A stretch of 64,000 nucleotides of DNA from Patescibacteria group bacterium (GCA_041664365.1 JBAYKW010000001.1:71168-135167), one strand, 5' to 3'; positions 10,329 through 21,402 are shown, counted from the first letter of the stretch. The notes: a model not told the origin generated them from the sequence alone. Program-made: numbers and translations.

Positions 10329-11030
10329 ATGGAACTAAATGACCGAAAAAAAGCCCTCCTTGCGGCTATAATCAAACAGCATATTAAAACTGCTATTCCG
10401 GTTGGATCCAACCTTTTGGTTGGCAAAGGCGGGTTTGATCTGTCCACGGCCACAATCCGCAATGAAATGATGGATCTGGAAAAGGAAGGATATCTCACTC
10501 ATCCGCACACTTCAGCCGGACGCATTCCAACCGAAAAGGGTTACCGTTTTTTTATTGATAATTATCTGGATGAAAGAGATTTAAGTGATAAGCACAAAAT
10601 ACAGCTTCAACAGATGTTAAAAGCAGATAACGAAGATTCATTTGCGGTAAAACAGGTGGCGAAAGAAGTAGCAGTTCTTTCCAACGGTGCGGTAGTCGTA
10701 GGATTTTCGCCAAGAGATATCTATTATACCGGACTGACCAATGTTTTCCGTCAGCCGGAGTTTGCGGAACTGGATGTTATTTATAATTTAAGTGAAGTTG
10801 TTGACCATCTGGATGAAGCTGTAGCGGGAATTTTTGATGATATCAGCAAAGACGTTCACATCCTACTTGGGAAAGAAAATCCTTTTGGTAAACAGTGCAG
10901 TACTATTTTAACCAAGTATCAAAGAGGAAGTGTTGAGGGTTTGATCGCAATCCTCGGACCGATGCGGATGAATTATTCCCATAACCGCGCGCTGATCAAA
11001 TACACTCAGGAACTTATAACTAATTTGTAA
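10329..11030 (+). CDS. hrcA: Heat-inducible transcription repressor HrcA (short form)
   Basis: PVGS, S.ATIRNEM.DLE..GYL.HPHTSAGRIPT.KGYR, ILGPMRMNY; CIRCE directly upstream. Confidence 0.93.
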   Translation: MELNDRKKALLAAIIKQHIKTAIPVGSNLLVGKGGFDLSTATIRNEMMDLEKEGYLTHPHTSAGRIPTEKGYRFFIDNYLDERDLSDKHKIQLQQMLKADNEDSFAVKQVAKEVAVLSNGAVVVGFSPRDIYYTGLTNVFRQPEFAELDVIYNLSEVVDHLDEAVAGIFDDISKDVHILLGKENPFGKQCSTILTKYQRGSVEGLIAILGPMRMNYSHNRALIKYTQELITNL

Positions 11031-11039
11031 TTAATATTT

Positions 11040-11540
11040 ATGACTCACCACGACAAGCACGAAAAACAGGATCAGGAGGCGGATAAGAACATTCAAAAAG
11101 AATTGGAAACTGCGAAAAATCAGGCGGAAGAATACCTGAACGGATGGAAAAGGGCCAAGGCCGATTACATCAATTTCAAAAGAGAACAGGAGCAAAGGCA
11201 GGCGGAATTGATGGAATTTGCCACCGCGGGAATGCTACTCGATATATTTCCGCTTGTTGATCAGTTTAAACAGGCAATGAAGCATGTGCCTAAAGAGATT
11301 GAGAGTTCGGACTGGATTGTAGGAGTCAAACACATCCAAAGCAATTTAAATAATGTATTAAAAGGTATGGGGATAGAAGAAATAAAAACAGTGGGTGAAA
11401 AGTTTAATCCGGAAATGCATGAAGCAATTGAAGAAGTGGAATCGGAAATGGAAAAAGGAATGGTAACGGAAGAACTAACAACTGGCTTTCGACTGAACGG
11501 CCGGGTAATCCAGCCGGCGAAAGTCAAAGTAGCTAAATAA
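11040..11540 (+). CDS. grpE: Nucleotide exchange factor GrpE
   Basis: RAKADYINFKR, FNPEMHEA, GFRLNGRVIQPAKVKV. Confidence 0.95.
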   Translation: MTHHDKHEKQDQEADKNIQKELETAKNQAEEYLNGWKRAKADYINFKREQEQRQAELMEFATAGMLLDIFPLVDQFKQAMKHVPKEIESSDWIVGVKHIQSNLNNVLKGMGIEEIKTVGEKFNPEMHEAIEEVESEMEKGMVTEELTTGFRLNGRVIQPAKVKVAK

Positions 11541-11564
11541 TTATTAACAAAAGGAGATAAATAT

Positions 11565-11996
11565 ATGCATATTATGAAATATCGACCAATGATCCAGCCT
11601 TGGGAGGACATGGACAAATTCATGGAAGAATACATGTCGGGCATGGCCAGCGGTTTCGTACCGGCGATTGACGTTTATCAGACCAAGGATTCGGTAATTG
11701 TTGAAACACCTCTGGCTGGCGTTGATCCGGAAAAGGTAAATATTTCCATCGAAAACGACGTACTGACCATAGAAGGTTCCATGGAAAAGAAGTCGGAAGT
11801 AGATGAAAAGGAATATTACCGCAAAGAGGTCAGAACCGGCAGTTTCCACCGCGCAGTCGCATTGCCGATTGCTGTAGATGGTGACAAGGCCAATGCCGAC
11901 TTTGAAAATGGAATTTTGAAAATTACCATTCCCAAAGCGGAACAGGTAATGCCAAAAACAATCAAAGTTAACGTATTAAAAAAAGGTTCCAAATAG
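11565..11996 (+). CDS. Hsp20/alpha-crystallin small heat-shock protein
   Basis: PAIDVYQT, GSFHRAVALP, ADFENGILKITIPK. Confidence 0.93.
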   Translation: MHIMKYRPMIQPWEDMDKFMEEYMSGMASGFVPAIDVYQTKDSVIVETPLAGVDPEKVNISIENDVLTIEGSMEKKSEVDEKEYYRKEVRTGSFHRAVALPIAVDGDKANADFENGILKITIPKAEQVMPKTIKVNVLKKGSK

Positions 11997-12004
11997 GAAT
12001 CACT

Positions 12005-12094
12005 CGGAGCTTCTGGCTCCGGGCAGCGAAATGTCATTCTGAGCGAGACGAGAACTCGTCAAGCCGAAGAATCTATTTACATTTCGCTTCCCGG
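12005..12094. repeat. Nested palindromic (REP-like) intergenic element
   Basis: Outer inverted repeat CCGGGCAGCGAAATGT / ACATTTCGCTTCCCGG enclosing TGTCATTCTGAGCGA...GAAGAATCT, with inner hairpin GACGAG-AA-CTCGTC. Confidence 0.55.
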
Positions 12095-12149
12095 GTTCAT
12101 AAGAAATTATTTATCAAATATCAATCATTAAAGAAAGGAATTAAGTAAA

Positions 12150-14066
12150 ATGGCAAAGATATTAGGTATCGATCTCGGTACCACCAACTCAGCAATGGCG
12201 ATCGTCGAGGGAGGCGAGCCGAAAGTGCTGGAAAATAAAGAAGGCAACCGCACCACTCCTTCCGTGGTTGCAATTTCCAAAAGCGGTGAACGTCTGGTCG
12301 GCCAGCTGGCCAAAAGACAGGCGGTAACTAATCCGGAAAATACAGTATTTTCAGTGAAACGTCTGATCGGACGCAGATGGGAGGAAGAAGAAGTCCAGAA
12401 CGACGCGAAAACATTGCCTTACAAAATTGAAAAAAATAATGACGGTGTTACGGTAAAAATGGGCGATAAACAACACACCCCACAGGAAGTTTCCGCGATG
12501 ATCCTACAGAAATTGAAGGCGGATGCCGAAGACAAACTGGGTGAAAAGATAACCGAAGCGGTAATTACCGTGCCGGCATATTTTGACGACTCACAGAGGC
12601 AGGCGACCAAGGATGCCGGTAAGATCGCCGGGTTTGACGTGAAACGCATTATCAACGAACCAACCGCGGCGGCACTTGCCTACGGGTTCAATAAGAAGAA
12701 AGATGAAAAGATCGCAGTCTATGATCTGGGCGGTGGAACATTTGATATTTCCATTTTGGAAATCGGTGATGACACCGTGGAAGTGAAAGCAACCAACGGC
12801 GATACACATCTTGGCGGAGATGATTTTGACCAGAAGATAATGCACTGGATCCTGGATGAATTTCAGAAAGACCAGGGAATTGATCTCTCCAAAGACAATC
12901 TGGCACTACAGAGAATCAAAGAAGCCGCGGAAAAAGCCAAGATTGAATTATCATCCACACAGGAGACAGAAATCAACCAGCCGTTTATTACAACCAATGA
13001 ATCAGGCCCGAAGCATTTGGTATTGAAATTGACCCGCGCCAAACTGGAAGATATCGTCGGTGATTTCGTGGAAAAAACACTGGAGCCTTGTAAGAAAGCG
13101 CTGAAAGATGCCGGTTTGGAAGCCAAAGATATGAATGAAATAGTGCTAGTCGGCGGACAAACCAGAATGCCGTTAGTACAGAAGAAAGTAGAAGAATTCT
13201 TCGGCAAAAAACCGAACTCATCTGTAAACCCGGACGAAGTAGTAGCAATCGGTGCAGCGGTACAAGCCGGTGTATTGCAGGGAGAAGTAAAAGACGTTCT
13301 GCTATTGGATGTTACCCCGCTAACACTTGGTATTGAAACTCTAGGCGGAGTACGCACACCATTAATTGAAAAGAATACAACCATTCCTGCATCAAAGAGT
13401 CAGGTGTTTTCTACCGCAGCAGATAACCAGACATCCGTAGAAATTCACGTCTTGCAGGGCGAAAGAGAAATGGCAGCCGACAACAAATCACTGGGCAGAT
13501 TTATCTTAGACGGCATCCCTCCGTCACCGCGCGGAATCCCGCAGGTGGAAGTAGGGTTTGACATTGATGCAAACGGAATCCTGAGCGTGAAAGCAAAAGA
13601 CAAAGCAACTAATAAAGAACAAAGCATCCGCATTGAAGCTTCTTCCGGACTGTCCGACGAGGAAGTTGAAAAGATGAAGAAAGACGCGGAGATTCACGCG
13701 GAAGAAGATAAGAAAAAGAAAAATTTGATCGAAGCCCGTAACATGGCAGAAACCATGGTGATCACTTCTGAAAAAGCGATCAAAGAGGGTGGCGATAAGA
13801 TTAAAGAAGAAGACAAGAAAGCCGTGGAAGAAAAGGTTAAAGCGGTTAATGATGTAAAAGACAAAGACGACGTGGAAGCGATCAAAAAAGCCACCGAAGA
13901 GCTATCAACAGCTGCTCAGAAGATTGGACAGGCGATGTATGAAGCACAGCAGAAGGAAGAAGCGGCAAAGAAAGCAGATGCATCAAAGGCCGGTGAGAAA
14001 AAAGAGGGAGACAAAGAACCAGTTGAAGGTGAATTCACGGAAGAGAAGAAGGAAGAGAAGAAATAA
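12150..14066 (+). CDS. dnaK: Chaperone DnaK
   Basis: [23 protein letters not shown], full-length Hsp70. Confidence 0.99.
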   Translation: MAKILGIDLGTTNSAMAIVEGGEPKVLENKEGNRTTPSVVAISKSGERLVGQLAKRQAVTNPENTVFSVKRLIGRRWEEEEVQNDAKTLPYKIEKNNDGVTVKMGDKQHTPQEVSAMILQKLKADAEDKLGEKITEAVITVPAYFDDSQRQATKDAGKIAGFDVKRIINEPTAAALAYGFNKKKDEKIAVYDLGGGTFDISILEIGDDTVEVKATNGDTHLGGDDFDQKIMHWILDEFQKDQGIDLSKDNLALQRIKEAAEKAKIELSSTQETEINQPFITTNESGPKHLVLKLTRAKLEDIVGDFVEKTLEPCKKALKDAGLEAKDMNEIVLVGGQTRMPLVQKKVEEFFGKKPNSSVNPDEVVAIGAAVQAGVLQGEVKDVLLLDVTPLTLGIETLGGVRTPLIEKNTTIPASKSQVFSTAADNQTSVEIHVLQGEREMAADNKSLGRFILDGIPPSPRGIPQVEVGFDIDANGILSVKAKDKATNKEQSIRIEASSGLSDEEVEKMKKDAEIHAEEDKKKKNLIEARNMAETMVITSEKAIKEGGDKIKEEDKKAVEEKVKAVNDVKDKDDVEAIKKATEELSTAAQKIGQAMYEAQQKEEAAKKADASKAGEKKEGDKEPVEGEFTEEKKEEKK

Positions 14067-14079
14067 TAAGTAATTAATT

Positions 14080-14111
14080 CGGTAGGCGAGAATACGTATT
14101 CTCGCCTACCG
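14080..14111. repeat. Perfect 32-bp palindrome (GTAG...CTAC, REP-like)
   Basis: CGGTAGGCGAGAATAC|GTATTCTCGCCTACCG. Confidence 0.8.
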
Positions 14112-14154
14112 GTGCAAGTAAAATAATTAATCCTGCAAGTTGCGGGATACATGT

Positions 14155-14922
14155 ATGAGATTAAAAAACAAATTCACTTTACCCTATATAGTCGGATCAG
14201 CTTTAATAGTACTTTTTTATGTAATGTTTATTATTAGTAGTATCGCTGGTAAGGTAACTATGGATGGTATGACTTTTTGGACTGCCACAAGTTCAATTGG
14301 ATCAATATTCATTATTATTATCGCAATTCAACCAATATTGAGAGAAAAGAAACTTCGAGAATTACAATATTCTGGTGGTCTTCAAATAGCTATGACTAAA
14401 GATGCAACAATAGTATTAGTGAATAAAACCGATGAACCGCTTGAAACAATTAAAATTAATCAAAAAATTTACTCTGGTGAATGTTTAAAAGAACAACCTA
14501 AGGGATATGTAAAAATTATTATTGAGGGTGGTACTCCTGAACCAACAGGGGACAATGTGACAAGAATTTTAATTAATCAAGCATACAAAAAAGTTTCAGA
14601 ACTGAAAAAACAAATACAAAAAGAATATAATGAAAAAATGCGGAACACTATTGATTCAATCGTGTCCGAAAAGGATCAAGAAATTTGGGATAATGAACAG
14701 GAAGATTGCTTTAAGCTTATGATTTCTCCTGGCGAAACTATTGGTTGGCCGGTGTCGCTAGGGCATGATTTAAAATATGGAAAAAGTGGAGTACCTTATT
14801 GTTTATTTAGAGTTGAAGTGTATTTTAGAACTCTAAATGGATCGGACAAAAGAAGTATAAAAGCGTTTTTTAGATTTTCTCTATATACCCCTCCAGAGGG
14901 ATGGGTAAAAGTTTCGTCATAA
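14155..14922 (+). CDS. AT-rich orphan membrane protein (two N-terminal TM helices)
   Basis: Long ORF, visibly AT-richer than dnaK; likely start MRLKNK. Confidence 0.65.
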   Translation: MRLKNKFTLPYIVGSALIVLFYVMFIISSIAGKVTMDGMTFWTATSSIGSIFIIIIAIQPILREKKLRELQYSGGLQIAMTKDATIVLVNKTDEPLETIKINQKIYSGECLKEQPKGYVKIIIEGGTPEPTGDNVTRILINQAYKKVSELKKQIQKEYNEKMRNTIDSIVSEKDQEIWDNEQEDCFKLMISPGETIGWPVSLGHDLKYGKSGVPYCLFRVEVYFRTLNGSDKRSIKAFFRFSLYTPPEGWVKVSS

Positions 14923-14963
14923 TTATTCATAAAGAACATTAATACGTAATAAATAAAACCACC

Positions 14964-15284
14964 ATGCCAAACCAACCAAACCAACAGCCCCCACAAGGGC
15001 AACAGCGACAAATGCAGATTAAGATCCCGGATAGCGTTTTAGCCGGACCAAATTATGCGAACAGTATGCGAGTCATGCATACCAAAGACGAGTTTACGAT
15101 TGATTTTATCAATATCCACCAGGCGGAAGGCGTGGGCGTGGTTACCAATCGGGTAAAAACCTCACCAGGTCACATGAAACGGGTTTTATCCGCTCTCGCG
15201 GACAATATCAAGCGCTATGAGACAAATTTTGGTACAATAGATGTTACGGATGCGCCGGCGGACGAAGTCGGATTCAAAGCATAA
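14964..15284 (+). CDS. DUF3467-like protein
   Basis: YANSMRVMHTKDEFTIDF...SPGHMKRV..AL..NI..YE..FG.I pattern. Confidence 0.75.
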   Translation: MPNQPNQQPPQGQQRQMQIKIPDSVLAGPNYANSMRVMHTKDEFTIDFINIHQAEGVGVVTNRVKTSPGHMKRVLSALADNIKRYETNFGTIDVTDAPADEVGFKA

Positions 15285-15301
15285 TCAATAAAGCAAAAAC
15301 C

Positions 15302-16444
15302 ATGACCAAGAATTCCAAATCAGCTGTTTTAGGAGTGCTGACTGTACTGGCCAGCGTGCTGGCTTGGTTTTCTTTATCTACGGTTTTCAATATGGAGTGG
15401 TCCGGAGATAATATTCCGATTGTACAGATTTTACTCAGATTGATTTTTCCGGTTGTTTCCTTTTGTTTCTATTTGGCTTTAGTAAGTATAACAACAATCT
15501 TAATTCAAAAAGAAAAAATTCAATTGCCGATCTGGACTTTATCCAGTTTACCGATGCTTTTATTCTTTCCCTTTTCTCCGTGGCTTCTGATTATTTCTTT
15601 GCTTCAGATACTGATGTTTGTGTATTACGCCTATCGGGTGCATAGTGAGAAAAAATCCAGAATAAAATTCAATTTGTATAAAATAATGCATTGGGGTATC
15701 GGCGGAGTAGTGGTGGCAATGGCATTGTCTATTTCATTACTGTACTATATCACTACAACAACAGAGGAGCGTGATTCGGGCAAAGAAGCGATTGACTCGC
15801 TGATTCTCAGTACCACAAACATTGCCAACGAGGTTATTCCTACACAAATAGAGGGTTATGATCCCGATAAAACTCTGGACCAGTTTATTTTGGAAACCAG
15901 CGCCGGTGTGGTGGAGGATATCAGCGGTCAGCTGAATAAAGAGCTGGAAGATACACTGGATGATCCAAAAGTAAAAGAGGGTCAGGCACTGATTGACGAT
16001 CTGCGAAGCAAGGTACAAAGCGGGGAAGTGGATATTAAAGCATTACCTCCCGAAATAAGGGATAATCTGTATAGCGACAAATTATCCGCGGATACCTTAG
16101 TTTCATCCTCATTCGTCCAAAGTATTTTTCAGGAACAGATCAATGACGCCCGAGATGAATTTATGAAAAGCGTCGGTATTGAGGCGCAAGGTTCGGATAA
16201 ACTGTCGGTAGTGATGGCCAAGATCATCCGCAAATACGCTTTTCAGTTCCTGGGACCTTACGAGGATTTCATCACCCCGCTGCTGGCATTGAGTTTGTTT
16301 TTTGCCCTGAATCTGTTTGGTTTTGTATTTTTAACATTAATCAATTCATTTACATCTCTGATTTTTAGAATATTATCCGCCACAAAATTCGTCAGGATTA
16401 TACAGGAAAAGAAAGACGTGGATGTTGTAATATTGGGAGAATAG
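15302..16444 (+). CDS. Multi-pass membrane protein, unknown function
   Basis: About five N-terminal TM helices, large acidic loop, C-terminal TM helix. Confidence 0.7.
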   Translation: MTKNSKSAVLGVLTVLASVLAWFSLSTVFNMEWSGDNIPIVQILLRLIFPVVSFCFYLALVSITTILIQKEKIQLPIWTLSSLPMLLFFPFSPWLLIISLLQILMFVYYAYRVHSEKKSRIKFNLYKIMHWGIGGVVVAMALSISLLYYITTTTEERDSGKEAIDSLILSTTNIANEVIPTQIEGYDPDKTLDQFILETSAGVVEDISGQLNKELEDTLDDPKVKEGQALIDDLRSKVQSGEVDIKALPPEIRDNLYSDKLSADTLVSSSFVQSIFQEQINDARDEFMKSVGIEAQGSDKLSVVMAKIIRKYAFQFLGPYEDFITPLLALSLFFALNLFGFVFLTLINSFTSLIFRILSATKFVRIIQEKKDVDVVILGE

Positions 16445-16456
16445 AAAGAAAGAATT

Positions 16457-17542
16457 ATGGCAACAGATTACTATGAAATTCTGGGCGTCGCGAAAGATGC
16501 CTCGCAGGAAGAAATAAAAAAAGCTTTTCGTAAGAAAGCGCACCAATACCACCCGGATAAAAATACCGGTGATGAAGCTAAATTTAAGGAATTAAACCAG
16601 GCTTACCAGGTGCTTTCCAAAGAAGACAAGCGCAAACAGTACGACCAGTTTGGGTCCGCTTTTGACCAGCAGGGTGGTTTTTCCGGTGGTGCCGGATTTG
16701 ATCCACGGCAAGCTGGTTTCGGCGGAGCGGACGGAATTAATTTTGATTTTGGCGATCTGGGTGATATCTTCGGTGATTTCTTCGGTGGAGGAAGAGGAAG
16801 GGCAAGTGCGCGCCAGCAGAAAGGCGCGGATATTGAAACAGAAATGCAGGTTACCTTTTTCGATGCGGCGTTCGGCGTGGAAAAAACCGTGGAACTTTAT
16901 AAAACAGTAGCTTGTGAAAAATGCAGTGGTTCCGGCGCAGAAAGTTCCAGCGGGATTGTGGAATGCCCGATGTGCAAAGGTTCCGGACAGGTTGATCAAC
17001 TGCAACGAACTATTTTAGGCCAGATCCGAACCCGCGGTGTGTGTCCGGAGTGCAAAGGTGAAGGAAAAACTATTAAAGATAAGTGTACAAACTGCCGTGG
17101 CACCGGTGTGGATCGCGCGAGTAAGCGGATCAAAATAAAAATTCCTGCCGGGATTAATAACGGGCAGTCTATCCGTCTTTCCGGTGAAGGCGAAGCCGGC
17201 CAGCGTGGAAGTGTAGCGGGGGATTTGTATGTTGCTATTCGAGTAATGCCACACCATGAATTTCAGCGGGACGGCGACAATGTTTTTTCCGTTTCGGAAG
17301 TCAGTTTTGCGCAGGCAGCACTTGGAGATAAGATTTCCATCAACACTCTGGATGGTGAAGGTCAGCTTCGAATTCCGGCCGGTACTCAATCGGGCAAAGT
17401 ATTTAAAATTAAAGGTAAGGGAGTTATGCACTTAAATGCCCGAGGCAGAGGTGACCAGTTAGTTGAAATTATTGTAAAAACACCGGAAAAATTATCCCGG
17501 AAACAACGCGAATTATTGGAAAATCTGCAAAAACTGGATTAA
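16457..17542 (+). CDS. dnaJ: Chaperone DnaJ
   Basis: J domain with HPD, G/F-rich region, four CxxCxGxG repeats. Confidence 0.98.
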   Translation: MATDYYEILGVAKDASQEEIKKAFRKKAHQYHPDKNTGDEAKFKELNQAYQVLSKEDKRKQYDQFGSAFDQQGGFSGGAGFDPRQAGFGGADGINFDFGDLGDIFGDFFGGGRGRASARQQKGADIETEMQVTFFDAAFGVEKTVELYKTVACEKCSGSGAESSSGIVECPMCKGSGQVDQLQRTILGQIRTRGVCPECKGEGKTIKDKCTNCRGTGVDRASKRIKIKIPAGINNGQSIRLSGEGEAGQRGSVAGDLYVAIRVMPHHEFQRDGDNVFSVSEVSFAQAALGDKISINTLDGEGQLRIPAGTQSGKVFKIKGKGVMHLNARGRGDQLVEIIVKTPEKLSRKQRELLENLQKLD

Positions 17543-17648
17543 ATCAGTTTATCCACAGTAGTATAGGCATAGCAATTGCCTATTTATTGTTTTTGTGTTA
17601 TACTTACAAAGTAATCAGATAAAATAAAACAAAAGGGGGAGAAATACA

Positions 17649-18218
17649 ATGTTTTTCGCAACAGTTGTAGCAGACACCGGTTCGTGGGTAGCTAATTTCG
17701 ACTGGTCAGAACCAACCTGGGACCTCTTTATTATCCTGTTTTTTGTCATCGCTGCCCTGCTCTACGGTATGTCACTGGGTCGCGATCGGATTATCGTAAT
17801 TCTGATCAGCATCTATATGGCGATGGCTGTAATCAATACTGCGCCGTTTTTGGGAGACACTACCGGCGAGATCGGCATAAACCAGTTTTTCGTAGTGAAG
17901 ATAACAGCTTTTGTAGCTGTTTTTGTTGCGTTATTTTTCATGCTTTCCCGATCCGCTTTAATCTCTACTGTCGCCAGTTCTGATGATCGTGGAAAATGGT
18001 GGCAGGTGATAGTTTTCAGCATCTTGCACGTCGGGTTATTAATCAGTATTACTTTATCATTTCTGCCAAAGTCAGCAGTTGAAGGACTTGCTCCGCTGAC
18101 TAAGACATTATTTACCTTGGAAATCAGCCAGTTCATCTGGGTGCTCGCTCCGATTCTTTTAATGATCCTGATCAAAGGCGGAGCGGCTGCAAAGAAAAGA
18201 TATAAATACGATATTTAG
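17649..18218 (+). CDS. Membrane protein (CvpA-like topology)
   Basis: About five TM helices; GGGGGAG SD-like sequence upstream. Confidence 0.65.
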   Translation: MFFATVVADTGSWVANFDWSEPTWDLFIILFFVIAALLYGMSLGRDRIIVILISIYMAMAVINTAPFLGDTTGEIGINQFFVVKITAFVAVFVALFFMLSRSALISTVASSDDRGKWWQVIVFSILHVGLLISITLSFLPKSAVEGLAPLTKTLFTLEISQFIWVLAPILLMILIKGGAAAKKRYKYDI

Positions 18219-18267
18219 AATATAAAAAAATCCGGCAAGTTAAACGCGGGATTTTTTGTTTGCCGAA

Positions 18268-18828
18268 TTATATCTGTTTGTGGAACAGTGCTTTATAAAA
18301 CCGCGGAAGGTAAGTCGAAGATAGCCAACCGAGCAGGGCGCCGATTATCCCGCCGGTAATTACATCACCGGGGAAATGCACTCCCAAATAGATTCGGGAA
18401 AGGCAAATCAGTACTGCCAGAACAATTAGCAATTTATGCAGTAGCTTTGATTTTGTGTTTAAGATAATCACCATGGTAAAACTGAATGCAACCAGGGCGT
18501 GGCTGGAAGGGAAGGAAAATCCTTCCGCAGTATGGTCAATTGTGGTTACCCAATCGTAAAATTCAAAAGGTCGCAGGCGCGCAAAAATATTTTTAACCAT
18601 GTATTCGTTTATAACAACACCGATACCGATGGCGATGGCGGATTCAAAAAACATCCATCCTTTATGCTGTTTATAAAAGATTAAGAACAGGATGATTAAA
18701 GGAAACCAAATTATTTTCGGATGGGCGATTGTAGTAAGTAACAGAAAAAACCAATCAAAAAACAGGTTATGAGGAATAACCTGATAAATCTTTTCAAAAA
18801 TTAGCTGATCCAGATTTAATAGTAGCAT
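18268..18828 (-). CDS. PAP2-family phosphatase (undecaprenyl-PP phosphatase-like)
   Basis: K..F.R.RP, SFPSSH, SRIYLGVHFPGD motifs. Confidence 0.92.
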   Translation of the reverse strand: MLLLNLDQLIFEKIYQVIPHNLFFDWFFLLLTTIAHPKIIWFPLIILFLIFYKQHKGWMFFESAIAIGIGVVINEYMVKNIFARLRPFEFYDWVTTIDHTAEGFSFPSSHALVAFSFTMVIILNTKSKLLHKLLIVLAVLICLSRIYLGVHFPGDVITGGIIGALLGWLSSTYLPRFYKALFHKQI

Positions 18829-20216
18829 TATTTATTTTTATGAATTTTTGGCCCCGAAGATGTATCAGTAACAATATACCCCAATGATTCAATTTCCGCT
18901 CTTATTTTGTCCGCTTCGCTAAAATCTTTGGCTAAACGCGCGTGCTCCCTTTTTGTCGCCAGTGTTTTAACGTGCTTTGGTGCTTCTTCTGTTTGCTCAA
19001 GTTTATCCAATCCGAGTCCCAGTACTTTGTCATATTCCAGTACTGTTCCTTTTTTTGCACCTGCCGGTAAGTTGGATTTAAAAATTTTCCAGACCAGTGC
19101 CAGTGCTTTAGGCATGTTCAGATCATCATTAATTGCATCCTCAAATTGCTGTTTAAAATCCTCATTAACGACCGGGTTGGTGTCTTTATAACTTTCCATC
19201 TGCCGATAAATAGAATCAAGCGCGGTGTTGGCTCCTTCCAGGTTTGTCCAATTGAAAGTCAGTTTCGAACGGTAATGGGTGGTAAGCAGTAAATAGCGAT
19301 AGGCGAGGGGATTAATCCCTTTCTCTTTCAGTGTTTCCAGAGTTATAAAATTCCCTTTTGATTTTGCCATTTTTTCGTCCTTCAGAATCAGAAACTCCCC
19401 GTGCAGCCAGTAGTTGGCCAGTTTTCTGTCGTTTGCCGCTTCACTCTGCGCTATTTCGTTCGTATGGTGGACGGGAATATGATCAACTCCGCCACAGTGA
19501 ATATCAAAAGGCTGACCCAGATATTTTACGGCCATTGCCGAACATTCTATTGCCCAACCGGGAAATCCGATGCCCCACGGCGATTCCCATTCCATCTGGC
19601 GCTTCGGCTCGCCTTTCAAAGGGTCTGGTGAAAATTTCCACAAAGCAAAATCATTCGGGCTTTTTTTGCCTTCCACGACCGCCACTCTGGCACCGGCCTT
19701 TTGCGCTTTGATATCTAGCCTGGCCATCTGTCCGTAACTTTCAAATTTACCGGTGTCAAAATATACGCCATCCGCAATGGTATAGGTGTAACCCTTTTCC
19801 TCTAACTTTTTAACCAGCTCAATCTGTTCTTTGATGTGGTCAGTGGCTTTGCACCAGATCACGGGTTCCGTAATGTTGAGGTCCGACATGTCGTTTTTAA
19901 ATGCAGAAGTGTAATACTCAGCAATTTCCCATACCGTTTTCTTTTCCTGCTTGGCCCGTTTTTCCATTTTATCTTCACCGGTGTCCGCATCTGATACCAG
20001 ATGCCCGACATCAGTAATATTCATCACATGTTTTACTTTGTAGCTATTGTATTGCAATACCCGTCGTAATATATCCTCAAAAACATAAGTCCGGAGGTTT
20101 CCGATGTGCGCAAAATTATAAACAGTCGGACCGCAAGTATATAAACCAACCTCTGAATCTTTCAGAGGTTTAAAGGTTTCTTTTTTTCTTGAAAGGGTAT
20201 TAAACAGCGTAAGCAT
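18828..20216 (-). CDS. cysS: Cysteine--tRNA ligase
   Basis: [24 protein letters not shown]. Confidence 0.98.
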   Translation of the reverse strand: MLTLFNTLSRKKETFKPLKDSEVGLYTCGPTVYNFAHIGNLRTYVFEDILRRVLQYNSYKVKHVMNITDVGHLVSDADTGEDKMEKRAKQEKKTVWEIAEYYTSAFKNDMSDLNITEPVIWCKATDHIKEQIELVKKLEEKGYTYTIADGVYFDTGKFESYGQMARLDIKAQKAGARVAVVEGKKSPNDFALWKFSPDPLKGEPKRQMEWESPWGIGFPGWAIECSAMAVKYLGQPFDIHCGGVDHIPVHHTNEIAQSEAANDRKLANYWLHGEFLILKDEKMAKSKGNFITLETLKEKGINPLAYRYLLLTTHYRSKLTFNWTNLEGANTALDSIYRQMESYKDTNPVVNEDFKQQFEDAINDDLNMPKALALVWKIFKSNLPAGAKKGTVLEYDKVLGLGLDKLEQTEEAPKHVKTLATKREHARLAKDFSEADKIRAEIESLGYIVTDTSSGPKIHKNK

Positions 20217-21193
20217 TATTTTTGCTGATTTGAATTACTAATAACTTTTGACTTATAGTCGATTAATTCGTTTGTCCACTCATTGATTACTTCTTCTACA
20301 TCTTTGGCAGTTACTTCCGGAAGTGTTTCACCTTCTTTTGGATTCGTAATAGCTGACAAACGGACTTTTGCCGATGCTTCATCCATAATATCGATTGCCT
20401 TATCTGGAAAGTAGCGGTCTTTTAAGTATTTATCCGCCAGATCCACTGCCGCTTCCACTGCGCCATCAGTGATTTTAACCATATGATGTGTTTCATAATT
20501 GCCCCGGACGCCTTTAAGAATCATCAGAGTGTCATTGATACTTGGTTCTTTGACCATGACCGGCTGAAATCTTCTTTCCAACGTCGGATCGGTTTTGATA
20601 TATTTGATGTATTCTTCTTCTGTGGTAGCTCCGATAGCCTGTAGTTCTCCTCGTGCCAGTGCCGGTTTCAGAATATCTGACGCGTCAATTGCCCCGGATG
20701 CCTCGCCGGCTTCCGCTAAAGTTTGTAGTTCATCGATAAAAAGAATAATATTTCTTTCGGCATTCCTTATTTCATCTACAATTCCTTTTAATCTCTGCTC
20801 GAATTCACCGCGATATTTCGTACCGGCAACCAGTCCAGAAAGGTCCAAGGCCAAAACGCGTTTGTTTTTCAACGAGCTTGGGACATTATTGTTTCTTATT
20901 TCATTGGCCAATTCTTCCACAATCGCGGTTTTACCGACGCCGGATGGTCCGATTAAAACCGGATTATTTTTTGTCCGTCTGGAAAGAATCTGAATGACAC
21001 GTTTCAATTCGTGATAACGGCCGACTACCGGATCCAGTTTACCTTTTTCCGCTAATGCCGTAAGATCGCGTGAGTATTTGTCCAATACTGACCCTTTTTT
21101 TTCGTGGTTTTTTTGCTGACCATACCACAGTGAAAGACCGATAGAAACAAATATAATAATTGCAATGAAAAAATATACTGGGTCAGATGCCAT
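20216..21193 (-). CDS. Membrane-anchored single-AAA-domain ClpA/B/C-type ATPase
   Basis: N-terminal TM helix, then NBD1 only: [48 protein letters not shown]. Confidence 0.85.
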   Translation of the reverse strand: MASDPVYFFIAIIIFVSIGLSLWYGQQKNHEKKGSVLDKYSRDLTALAEKGKLDPVVGRYHELKRVIQILSRRTKNNPVLIGPSGVGKTAIVEELANEIRNNNVPSSLKNKRVLALDLSGLVAGTKYRGEFEQRLKGIVDEIRNAERNIILFIDELQTLAEAGEASGAIDASDILKPALARGELQAIGATTEEEYIKYIKTDPTLERRFQPVMVKEPSINDTLMILKGVRGNYETHHMVKITDGAVEAAVDLADKYLKDRYFPDKAIDIMDEASAKVRLSAITNPKEGETLPEVTAKDVEEVINEWTNELIDYKSKVISNSNQQK

Positions 21194-21211
21194 AATAGAG
21201 AATTTAAATAA

Positions 21212-21373
21212 TTACTTAGCTAGATTGTATGAAGTTAAAATGATTGCTGCAGCAAAGAAAGATGCGGCAATAGCAGTAAATGTAAGCAAAGTAATTACCT
21301 GGTCAACTCTCATCGCAAGTTGTGTTGACGTTTTTTGCTTTGTCATTGTCTGCGCGCGGTTTAAATTTACCAT
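21212..21373 (-). CDS. Small membrane peptide, 53 aa (not in ORF track)
   Basis: Hand-translated MVNLNRAQTMTKQKTSTQLAMRVDQVITLLTFTAIAASFFAAAIILTSYNLAK; fills the gap between corA and the Clp ATPase on the same strand. Confidence 0.55.
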   Translation of the reverse strand: MVNLNRAQTMTKQKTSTQLAMRVDQVITLLTFTAIAASFFAAAIILTSYNLAK

Positions 21374-21402
21374 TTTGTTTATATAAAATTATTATACTAA
21401 AA

